From a virus, in IMG/VR virus record IMGVR_UViG_3300002920_000044, positions 19,344-83,343 of that record: a stretch of 64,000 nt of DNA; one strand, written 5' to 3'. The position numbers and the translations under genes are program-made. Shown piece by piece: positions 48,540 through 57,393 of this stretch. The notes under the pieces are model-generated. The model did no database searches, was not told the DNA's origin, and saw nothing but the letters and a program-made list of their open reading frames with translations. The first letter of the stretch is position 1. Each line of letters begins with the position of its first letter.

Positions 48540-48610
48540 GATGTAGCACAAAGGCTACATCCTGAGAGAAATCTCCGTTGAGCGTAAACGTTAGACGCTA
48601 CGAAAGGAAA
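48540..48610 (+). ncRNA. Candidate structured 5' leader of folE
   Basis: 8 bp stem gatgtagc/gctacatc, GAGA-GAAA-TCTC GNRA hairpin and agcgt/acgct stem, packed into about 70 nt before the AAGGA RBS. Confidence 0.5.
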
Positions 48611-48615
48611 CAACA

Positions 48616-49290
48616 ATGAGTTACAATAGAGTTAAAACTGATCCAGAGTTGGGCCAAAGAGTTCATAATTATTTGGTTAAAATGGGTGTTGAAACCCCTG
48701 TCATAGAAAATAATCTAAGCAGAACTACTAAAATTGAAATCATCCAACAAAAATTTGCAGACATTATGGAAACACTGGGCTTGGATCTAAGTGACGATAG
48801 CTTAGCTGACACTCCTAAGCGTGTGGCCAAGATGTATGTGGGTGAGATTTTTTGGGGATTAGATTATGATGCATTCCCCAAGTGTACCACTGTAGATAAC
48901 AAGATGCATTATGATGAAATGGTAATTGAACGCAACATAATTGTTATGAGTAACTGTGAACACCACTTTATTACCATCGATGGGCTAGCAACAGTAGCAT
49001 ACGTTCCAGACAAGAAGGTTCTTGGCTTGTCAAAGATTAACAGAATAGTAGAATATTTTGCAAAAAGACCTCAGATACAGGAACGTTTGACCGAGCAGAT
49101 ATTCCATGCATTGTGTTATATTCTAGAAACTGATAATGTTGCAGTTATGATTGACGCTAAGCATTATTGCGTAGCTAGCAGGGGCGTAGAAGATACTGGT
49201 TCTAGGACTATCACTAGCAAGTTAGGCGGTGGATTTAAGTCTGACCCGGCAGCTAGAGCAGAGTTCTTGAGCATAGCCAAGCAGCGTTAA
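48616..49290 (+). CDS. folE: GTP cyclohydrolase I
   Basis: TPKRVAKMY, SNCEHH, GLSKINRIV..FAKRPQIQERLT and HYCVASRGV. Confidence 0.95.
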   Translation: MSYNRVKTDPELGQRVHNYLVKMGVETPVIENNLSRTTKIEIIQQKFADIMETLGLDLSDDSLADTPKRVAKMYVGEIFWGLDYDAFPKCTTVDNKMHYDEMVIERNIIVMSNCEHHFITIDGLATVAYVPDKKVLGLSKINRIVEYFAKRPQIQERLTEQIFHALCYILETDNVAVMIDAKHYCVASRGVEDTGSRTITSKLGGGFKSDPAARAEFLSIAKQR

Positions 49291-49546
49291 TCTTGGCTTT
49301 TTCAATTTCACCTTGTTATTATTTTTTATGCTTAGAAAGATATTCTGACAAAATGATATATTGACTAACCTGTCTTCAAGATGCCCAAAAAATATTGAAT
49401 TGGATAAAGTAACGTGATAATATAAAATGGGAAAACTAGTAGTAAAGATAAGCTTAATATTGATTTGAGTTGTTGTTTTTTATTTCATGATTTAGAAGAT
49501 GTGTAGTAATTAATCTTAAATTTTAATCTTAAATTAAAGAAGGATA

Positions 49547-49888
49547 TTGAATATGGGAAAGTTTTTTAGTTTTTACGGATTAGCTCAGCGTAGTGAATAC
49601 TGGGCTGTTATGTTAATCTTAATTGTATCTAGTTTCTTTTTAGGTTTCGGCGTTGGCGGGTTATTACTCTCTGACAACACGATAATTTTAGGATTGATAC
49701 TACTCTTGATACTAACAGTTATCTCAGGTTGGGTAATACTGGCAACTACCGCCCGTCGTTGTCGTGACGCAGGCATCAGTCCTTACTGGTGTCTAGCATT
49801 GTTAGTTCCTTATGTTAGCCTCGTTGCCACGATAGTGTTCGGCGTAATCCCTACTAATACTATACAGCATACACAGGATTTTGAATGA
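49547..49888 (+). CDS. DUF805-family membrane protein
   Basis: FSFYG...RSEYW, hydrophobic helices, ARRCRDAGISPYW (compare RRLHD.G.SGW). Confidence 0.7.
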   Translation: MNMGKFFSFYGLAQRSEYWAVMLILIVSSFFLGFGVGGLLLSDNTIILGLILLLILTVISGWVILATTARRCRDAGISPYWCLALLVPYVSLVATIVFGVIPTNTIQHTQDFE

Positions 49889-50100
49889 ACTATGAACTTG
49901 ACTTACACGGAGTAAAGCACCAAGATGCTGACCGAGAAGTAGAGAATTTTGTTTATATTAATCAGCAAAATTTTCCTATCAGGATAATTTGCGGTAATAG
50001 CCATAAAATGGTTGGTATCACACAGTCAGCACTTGAAAGAATTGGTTGTGAATATACAATGTATAGGTATGGTGTAATTACAGTAAGTAAATTTAAATGA
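49885..50100 (+). CDS. Smr-like domain protein
   Basis: LDLHG...A...VENF...IRIICGNS. Confidence 0.6.
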   Translation: MNYELDLHGVKHQDADREVENFVYINQQNFPIRIICGNSHKMVGITQSALERIGCEYTMYRYGVITVSKFK

Positions 50101-50786
50101 CTAAAGAAATCAAATCCAACAGGTCTACAGCAGTAGTTCAAAAAAGAATTGAACCTAAGACAGGTCTTGACGATTTCCCTACTCCTCCTTGGGCTACTAG
50201 GGCGTTATGCGAGTGGCTATTATCGAAAAATATTGCCATTAACACAATGACTGTTAGAGAGCCGGCCGCAAATAGGGGCCATATGGCAAAGCCCTTATCT
50301 GAATTTTTCAAGACAGTTGAAGGCTCAGATGTTTATGATTACGGGTATGGCTTTTCAGTCAAGAACTTTATAACAGAAGAGGATTTTAGTGAAGTTGATT
50401 TTACTATCACTAATCCTCCCTTTATTTTAGCAAAAGACTTCATAGAAAAAGCTCTTAGAACAAGCAAAGTGGGAGTAGCAGTTATTGTTAGGCTTGCTTT
50501 TATTGAGGGTAAAGACCGATATAATTCTTTGTTCAAAGAAAACCCTCCCACATACCTTTTACAACATGTAGAACGTGTAGGAATATGTAAGGGTACAATC
50601 AAGAAAGACGTAGCCGCAGCAACAGCTTATTGTTGGCTAGTGTGGCTAAAAGACCGAAAAAATGAAGAAACCAAGATAAATTGGATTGAACCTTGCAAAG
50701 AACGTCTTGAAAGAGAAGACGACTATCATACAGAAACAGTTTCCCCAGAATTATCAAATTACAGTATTTTGTTTAAAGAAGAATAA
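50097..50786 (+). CDS. DNA N6-adenine methyltransferase-like protein
   Basis: DDFPTPPWAT, REPAANRGHM (motif I variant), ITNPPF (motif IV) and RLAFIEG. Confidence 0.75.
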   Translation: MTKEIKSNRSTAVVQKRIEPKTGLDDFPTPPWATRALCEWLLSKNIAINTMTVREPAANRGHMAKPLSEFFKTVEGSDVYDYGYGFSVKNFITEEDFSEVDFTITNPPFILAKDFIEKALRTSKVGVAVIVRLAFIEGKDRYNSLFKENPPTYLLQHVERVGICKGTIKKDVAAATAYCWLVWLKDRKNEETKINWIEPCKERLEREDDYHTETVSPELSNYSILFKEE

Positions 50787-50841
50787 AAAATGTCTTTATA
50801 TGATACAAATTGTTTGTTATAATTATTCAAAGGATTGATAA

Positions 50842-51339
50842 ATGATAGCAAGAACATATAAATATACATCTACCAAAGAATACCATGATGCTTTCCCTTG
50901 TGCATATAGGCAATGGCGAGCAGATAGTCACTGTAATCTAATACATGGCTATAGTTTCAATTTTAAGTTCTACTTTGGTGCAGATACACTAGACGCTAGA
51001 AATTGGTGCGCAGATTATGGCGGGCTTAGAGATTTGAAAGCAATTCTTGAAGACCAGTTTGATCACACACTCTTAGTAAGTCAGGACGATCCAGAATTAG
51101 AAACCTTCAAGCTTCTCCAAGAAAAGAAAATGGCCAAGCTAACGATAGTTCCTGCAACTGGCTGTGAAGCTATAGCTGATATGCTTTATAGATACGTAAA
51201 CGGTGTTTATATTCCTGATCATTGGGGACAGGGAGAGGCAGATAGGCTTTGGTGTTATAGGGTTGAAGTTCGTGAGACACAAAGTAATATGGCTTTCAGA
51301 GAAGGCCATCGTGAATGGAATGAGTCTTTGTTAGGTTAA
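50842..51339 (+). CDS. queD: 6-carboxytetrahydropterin synthase
   Basis: SHCNLIHGY, DYGGLRDLK..LEDQFDHTLL, GCEAIA and VEVRET. Confidence 0.88.
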   Translation: MIARTYKYTSTKEYHDAFPCAYRQWRADSHCNLIHGYSFNFKFYFGADTLDARNWCADYGGLRDLKAILEDQFDHTLLVSQDDPELETFKLLQEKKMAKLTIVPATGCEAIADMLYRYVNGVYIPDHWGQGEADRLWCYRVEVRETQSNMAFREGHREWNESLLG

Positions 51340-51581
51340 TTTCTGCAATTTTATTAATGTAGAGAAACAACTAAAAAGGTTTTGAAATTTTTCAGTTGAA
51401 TAACTATTCACATAAAAGAACCAACATGAACAATAAACTAGAAAAATTAGACTAGTATTGCAATTAAACTACACTGGGCATTCAGTTTGTCCAGCATAGC
51501 TGAATTAATTGATGTAGTAGAAGAACTTATATGACAAATAAATTGTCCATGAAACGGGGAAGAAAGGTGATAGGGGAAAAT

Positions 51582-52073
51582 ATGCTTAAACAAGTTTTTT
51601 ACACAGATAAAGACATAGACGGAATGGTACATGATATCATTCGTTCTTTGGCCAAAGAAAATTGGAAGCCTGACTATATAGTTGGTATAACTAGGGGTGG
51701 GTTAATTCCTGCTATCTATATTAGTCATTATTGTGACATTAAGATGGAAACATTGAAAGTAAGTATTTTGTCTGACGATTGTGAAAGCAACTGCTGGATG
51801 GCAGAAGATGCATTTAATGGTAAGAACATTCTTATTATTGATGACATAGTTGATAAGGGTAAAACATTTAATTGGATAAAAGAAGATTGGCAATCTATGT
51901 GTTTTCCTGATGACCCAAAGTGGAAAAATATTTGGCACAATAATGTCAAGTTTGCTTCTTTGATTTACAATGAAGCATCTGAATTTCCAGTTGATTTTTA
52001 TTCAGAAAGCATCAATAAAGTAGAGAATCCAGTTTGGATTACCTACCCCTGGGAGAAGTGGTGGCGGGCGTGA
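51582..52073 (+). CDS. Type I purine phosphoribosyltransferase (Gpt/Xpt-like)
   Basis: IVGITRGGLIPA, ILIIDDIVDKGKT (PRPP-binding loop) and WITYPWE; probable ATG at 51582. Confidence 0.85.
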   Translation: MLKQVFYTDKDIDGMVHDIIRSLAKENWKPDYIVGITRGGLIPAIYISHYCDIKMETLKVSILSDDCESNCWMAEDAFNGKNILIIDDIVDKGKTFNWIKEDWQSMCFPDDPKWKNIWHNNVKFASLIYNEASEFPVDFYSESINKVENPVWITYPWEKWWRA

Positions 52074-52245
52074 TATTTCTTGAGGTTAGAAATATCAACC
52101 TTTAGTCTACTCTTAACCCAACCAGAAGAAATTTCCTTAGGTAAGAAACGCTTTTCTTATGTTTCATTTTGTTTCTTGTTAAAATTAGAGTAGTTAGGCT
52201 GTTGTCTTCTGCCTAAATATAAGGTGAAGGTAAAAAGTAAAATAC

Positions 52246-52280
52246 TTTCTCTTTGTATAAATAACACTATACAAGAGAAA
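52246..52280 (+). promoter_or_regulatory. RBS-sequestering hairpin containing a late promoter, upstream of the HNH gene
   Basis: 13 bp stem with one bulge, tttctc(t)ttgtata / tatacaagagaaa; TATAAATA at 52256-52263; ATG at 52283. Confidence 0.7.
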
Positions 52281-52282
52281 TA

Positions 52283-53575
52283 ATGATTAACTTACACTAT
52301 AAAAACAGATACGACAAATTTATTACTTCTATCAAGTCTCAACCAAATAGAGATATTAGCAAAACATATACAGAGTTTCATCATATCCAGCCCAGATGTC
52401 TCAAGGGAAGTGATGATCCTGATAACTTGATTGAGTTAACGTTAAGAGAACATCATTTGGCACATTGGCTATTATGGAAATCATATCCAGACTATTTACC
52501 AATTGCAAGTGCATTTTTGCAAATGAACAACAAGAATTTTAAGAGTAACAAGAAATTCAAGCCTCTTCCAAGCAAAGTGTATGAAACCCTCAAGACAGAG
52601 ACATATAAAATGTTAAGTGAACTCAAGACAGATAAAGTCTATGTAAGAGATAAGGCTGGTAATCTTATAGAAATGTCTAAAAAAGAATATGCTGAACAAG
52701 AAGAGCTAAAATTTCATACTACAGGAAAGCTCGTAGTATTTGACCGTGAGGATAATATATACAAGTCTATTACTACAATAGAATACTATTCTAATAAGCA
52801 TCGCTATGTTACTAACGTAGGAGCGGGAGTAGGAGAAATCAATCCTGAAAAATGCAGATATAAATTTAAGGACATAGAAACAGGTAATATAGTCAAAATA
52901 ACAAAAAAAGACGCAAGAATATACAATAAGCAGGCAGGATACAAGAGATATAAGCAGATAATTAAACAGAAAATACCTGTTATTGATAAAGAAGGTAATA
53001 AATCACTTGTTGAGGTAGACCAATATTATAAAGGAAATTATAAACATTATAATTCAGAAACCGTTACCGTCTATGATAAACACTTACAGCGTAATAGGTC
53101 TATTACAAGAGAAGAATACTACACTGATCCAAATAGGTATGACACTTCTACTAAAGGAAAAGTAGTGGCAAAAAATTCAGTTGGAGAAACTGTTTTGGTA
53201 GATAAGGAAGATTTTGCTTCTGGTAAGTATGTAGGTCATACAAAAGGGCTAAGAACCATGTATGATGTTGATACTGGCAAATATAAACAGATAACAGAAA
53301 AAGAATGGTTGAACAATAAAAACAGATATACAGGCCCAAACAAGGGTAAAATTAATGTTATCAACAAACACACTGGTGTAAGAGAGCAAATTGACAAAAA
53401 AGACTTTGATTCGTCTGTTTATCTTAGTTTAGGTGCACATTCATACTTGTTTAGGGCAAGAAATAAGTTGACTAATAAAGAGAAAAACATTAATATATAT
53501 GAATGGGACTTAGTAAAAAATCAGTATGATATTATTGACATAGAGCAATTTAATAATGCGATGAAGAAAAAATAA
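52283..53575 (+). mobile_element. Free-standing HNH homing endonuclease (Mob-like) with repeated C-terminal DNA-binding modules
   Basis: EFHHIQPRCLKGSDDPDNLIELTLREHHLAHWLLWK, then about 8 repeats like KG.V.V.D..G....I...EY.....Y. Confidence 0.85.
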
Positions 53576-53590
53576 AAGAAAGGTAAATCA

Positions 53591-54469
53591 ATGGCTAATG
53601 GTAATTCGAACCTTATTAAGGTATCGGAACTTTTTTTTTTTTTTTCAATCCAGGGTGAAGGCCGATATATGGGCGTCCCCAGCATTTTTCTAAGAACCTT
53701 TGGTTGTAATTTTAAATGTTTAGGATTCGGGATGCCTAAAGGACAACTGAGTGATGAAGTTGATAAGATCAATCCAGCAGAATATAATTCATATGACCAG
53801 CTTCCTCTCGTTAGTACTGGATGTGACTCGTATGCCGCGCATAATCCTCGCTTTAAGCATCTTTCTCCCAGCAGGGACATTGATACTCTTGTTAGTGATA
53901 TTATGGAATTGTTACCGTTCAAAGAATGGCGAGACGAACACCTCGTTATTACGGGAGGAGAACCACTCTTAGGTTGGCAAAGAGCATATCCTAACTTGTT
54001 AAATCACAATAATATGCATGGACTAAAAGAGTTGACCTTTGAAACTAACGGTACTCAACCCCTACGCAAAGACTTTGCTGAATATCTTACAACATGGGTA
54101 GCGACCGGCGCAGATAATTTTAATATTGAAAGAGAAGTTACCTTCAGCGTAAGTCCCAAACTATCTGTGAGTGGTGAGCTAAGGCAGAATGCCATCAAGC
54201 CTCATGTCGTGGCAGAATACGAGAAGATCGGGTATACCTATCTTAAGTTTGTTATCGCAACAGAAGAAGATGCCAACGAAGCACTTGAGGTAACAAATCT
54301 TTATCGTCAAGCAGGTGTTAAGGGTCCAGTTTATTTCATGCCCGTGGGCGGCGTCGAGGAAGTCTATAACCTTAACAGTCAAAATGTAGCAGAGCTTGCT
54401 ATGAAATATGGCGTTAGGTATAGTGACAGACTGCATATTCCTCTATGGGGCAATCAGTGGGGAACCTGA
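53591..54469 (+). CDS. queE: 7-carboxy-7-deazaguanine synthase (radical SAM)
   Basis: SIQGEG..G.PSIFLRTFGCNFKC...CDS, VITGGEPLL, ETNGT and SVSPK; T15 run near the 5' end. Confidence 0.9.
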   Translation: MANGNSNLIKVSELFFFFSIQGEGRYMGVPSIFLRTFGCNFKCLGFGMPKGQLSDEVDKINPAEYNSYDQLPLVSTGCDSYAAHNPRFKHLSPSRDIDTLVSDIMELLPFKEWRDEHLVITGGEPLLGWQRAYPNLLNHNNMHGLKELTFETNGTQPLRKDFAEYLTTWVATGADNFNIEREVTFSVSPKLSVSGELRQNAIKPHVVAEYEKIGYTYLKFVIATEEDANEALEVTNLYRQAGVKGPVYFMPVGGVEEVYNLNSQNVAELAMKYGVRYSDRLHIPLWGNQWGT

Positions 54470-54472
54470 TAA

Positions 54473-55336
54473 ATGAACCTTGAAAGAATGTATGTTATAT
54501 CCTGGTTCGGTGACGACGAAGTTCGCCAAAAAAGAATTGATTATCATAACAAGCAAATAGACTGGGCTATAAAAAATGGCCTCTCTGTATATGTATTAGC
54601 GCAAGGTTATACGACCCGAGATTATCGTGAGGATGTTACTTACATAGAGTATTCTTCGGAAAAACTGCTTTTACCTGCCGAAGCCAGAAATTATTTGTTG
54701 AGACATTTTTACGCTAGTGATTGCGACTATGCAATTATAGCAGATAACGATAGTGTGTTACATGAAGGCGAACAACACTGTGACAGCAGGGACTTTGTTT
54801 CACTATTCAATACTATCCCATTATCAAGTCTCAGTGAGGTTGATTTCTTTTTTCCATTGAATCCTGCAAAAATTCCTTTCAATAAAACATTTATTGAAAA
54901 CAAGGATTTATATGATAACTTTTTGGTGTTCAAGAGAAATGTGGACAGTAAGGGAAGCTTTTGTGTTGTAAAGAACTTCCAGAAGCACTACAATAATCCA
55001 ATTTTCTACGATGAAGTCAGTTTTATGACAGAGGATAGAAAAATTATTACCCACGAAGATGTAGACTTTGGCCTTAATATCATCGCAAATGGGTATGGAT
55101 GCTACATGCTTACCAATATTGTATTGAAGGAATATGCTTCTTCGGCTAGCACATGGGCCAACAATGAGCGCGGAGAAGTAATGCTTCATGGAAAAGAAAT
55201 CATAAAGAACAAGTATAATCTTGTTCAAAACAAACAGGGACATTTGCAATATAAGTCTCTATATCAAAAATCAACGCGACCAAATAAAGTTCTAGTTCCC
55301 AAGCATTCACATCCATTATTTGAGATAGAGCCGTGA
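54473..55336 (+). CDS. Putative GT-A-like glycosyltransferase
   Basis: PAEARNYLL..FY....DYAIIADND (DxD) and HEDVDF; coupled to a sugar epimerase gene. Confidence 0.5.
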   Translation: MNLERMYVISWFGDDEVRQKRIDYHNKQIDWAIKNGLSVYVLAQGYTTRDYREDVTYIEYSSEKLLLPAEARNYLLRHFYASDCDYAIIADNDSVLHEGEQHCDSRDFVSLFNTIPLSSLSEVDFFFPLNPAKIPFNKTFIENKDLYDNFLVFKRNVDSKGSFCVVKNFQKHYNNPIFYDEVSFMTEDRKIITHEDVDFGLNIIANGYGCYMLTNIVLKEYASSASTWANNERGEVMLHGKEIIKNKYNLVQNKQGHLQYKSLYQKSTRPNKVLVPKHSHPLFEIEP

Positions 55337-56163
55337 AAAAGATATTGGTTACAGGGTGTTCTGGGTATATAGGTTCACATTTATGTGAACTTTTAAAGGA
55401 TAATTACATCGTTTATGGAGTAGATATAGTTGGTCCCCTAAGTGATAGCATAGCACAATTCATTAATTATGACCTTAGAACATTATTTGCCTTCGGGGCG
55501 CAGCCTTATGATGCAGTAGTACATTTGGCGGCATTAGTAAGAGTAGGAGAAAGCGAGCAGAAACCTATACAATATTATTTTACTAATGTCTTAGGCACAG
55601 TTAATGTCCTTGATTTTGTAAAAACAGATCATTTCATATTTGCTAGCACTGGTGCTGCTGAATCTTTAAACAGCCCGTATGCTATTAGTAAAAGAGCGGC
55701 AGAACAGATTATTCAGCAAATTTGCCCAGCATATACTATATTTCGTTTTTATAACGTGATTGGTACTGATGGTTTTCCTCCTACTAACTCTGATGGTTTG
55801 ATGTACAAGCTTATGGAAGCATCTATTACGGGCAAGTTCACTATTTACGGGAATAACTATACAGAAAGTCATGATGGAACGCCTATCAGAGATTATGTCC
55901 ATGTCAACGAGATATGTAACGCCATTGTAGAGGCCATCGAACATGGTCCTACTAACACTATTGAATGTTTGGGGCACGGCAAAGGTTATACTGTTAAGTA
56001 AATAGTTAATATATTTCAAGAAACCAACAACATCAAGTTAGATATTGAGTATGGGCCCAGAAGAAAAGATTATGCTCCCGTAACAGTCCTTAAGGATGTA
56101 TCTAAATTCATGACGCCTCAGTATGATATTATAGATTTGTTGAAGATTGACAATATTTTATAG
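55333..56163 (+). pseudogene. NAD-dependent sugar epimerase (GalE-like SDR) interrupted by one in-frame TAA at 55999-56001
   Basis: VTGCSGYIGSH, HLAA, YAISK, FRFYNVIG and RDYVHV. After the stop the same frame continues IVNIFQETN...YGPRRKD to TAG at 56161-56163, the expected GalE C-terminus. Confidence 0.75.
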
Positions 56164-56273
56164 TTTATAACTGTAACCCAAGTAACCGTCTTCTTGAATG
56201 TTTTGTATATAATACGAAATTTTTTACGAACTTGGGCGCTTGACCCCCCTTTTTTGTTATATGCTATATTCAT

Positions 56274-57320
56274 TTGTCAATCTACTTGCAAAGGATTACC
56301 TTGTTGACTTTTAATCAGACTATAAAACGTTTGGGTTTTGCGTGTAAGCCTTCTTTTATTGACAACGGCGTAATTGCCACTATACCAGAAATGAACTGTA
56401 AGACTACTACGTTAGCTTGGCTTAATCGTCAGACCAAGAAGGTAGCAGAAGAAAAGCTTTGGTCCTTGCTTAAGCACAACATCCAAGCACTAGATAATAG
56501 TTTCAGATTCATTGCCGATAAGCCTGCCGAACTTAGAATGTTTCGCATGTCTTCAGATATCATTCCAGTATATAACCATCATGACTGGCAATACTTCTAT
56601 AAAAGCAGCGAAGTCAAAGCTTACATGGAGAAAAACTTTGCTAAACTAGGTGAGTATGCTAAGCTTAACGATATTCGTATCTCGTTTCACCCTGACCAGT
56701 TTGTTGTTTTGGCATCTGATAAAGAAGATGTAGTTCTAAAAAGTATCCATGAATTCGAGTATCACTGTGATATAGCTAGAATGATGGGCTATGGTCAGAA
56801 ATTTCAGGATATGAAGATTAATGTTCATATCTCGGGTAAGCAAGGTCCTGAAGGCATCAAAAAGGTAATTACAAAGCTAAGCACCGAAGCTAGGAATACT
56901 CTGACAATCGAGAATGACGAAATGACCTGGGGCATTGATGCTAGCCTTGAGCTGGTTGGCACCTGTGCATTAGTTTTGGACATTCATCATCACTTTGTAA
57001 GCACCGGCGAATATATCCAGCCAAACGACGACCGCATCAAAAGAATTATTGATAGTTGGCGAGGAGTCAGGCCGGTTATGCACTACTCATTGACCAAAGA
57101 AGACAATTTGCCGAACCACTGTATAGATACTATGCCATGTCATACTACTTTACTAAAAAATGGTATAAGTAAACAAAAACTTAGGGCTCATAGTAATTAT
57201 ATGTGGAATAACCCATGCAATATGTGGGCTAAAGGACATTGGGAGTGGGCTGACTGTATGGTAGAAGCCAAAGCAAAGAACCTGGCTAGTTTTAAGCTAT
57301 ATGAGTCTTGGAAAGGCTGA
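56274..57320 (+). CDS. uvsE: UV DNA damage endonuclease (UvsE/UVDE)
   Basis: RLGFACK, MFRMSSD, ISFHPDQFVVLAS, NVHISG, LTIENDE, LDIHHH, MHYS and MVEAKAKN. The true start may be the later TTG near 56301. Confidence 0.88.
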   Translation: MSIYLQRITLLTFNQTIKRLGFACKPSFIDNGVIATIPEMNCKTTTLAWLNRQTKKVAEEKLWSLLKHNIQALDNSFRFIADKPAELRMFRMSSDIIPVYNHHDWQYFYKSSEVKAYMEKNFAKLGEYAKLNDIRISFHPDQFVVLASDKEDVVLKSIHEFEYHCDIARMMGYGQKFQDMKINVHISGKQGPEGIKKVITKLSTEARNTLTIENDEMTWGIDASLELVGTCALVLDIHHHFVSTGEYIQPNDDRIKRIIDSWRGVRPVMHYSLTKEDNLPNHCIDTMPCHTTLLKNGISKQKLRAHSNYMWNNPCNMWAKGHWEWADCMVEAKAKNLASFKLYESWKG

Positions 57321-57393
57321 CAAATACAAGCCTTTTTAATTGATTTTTACAATAGTACGACATATAATAATACATACATAAAAGGAAACAACA

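Noticed and set aside
52283-53591. HNH gene as a group I intron ORF splitting queE or the PRTase
   Set aside because: The PRTase ends with a complete WITYPWE C-terminus and queE has its own RBS and full N-terminus. No group I core elements were recognised, so the gene is treated as free-standing.
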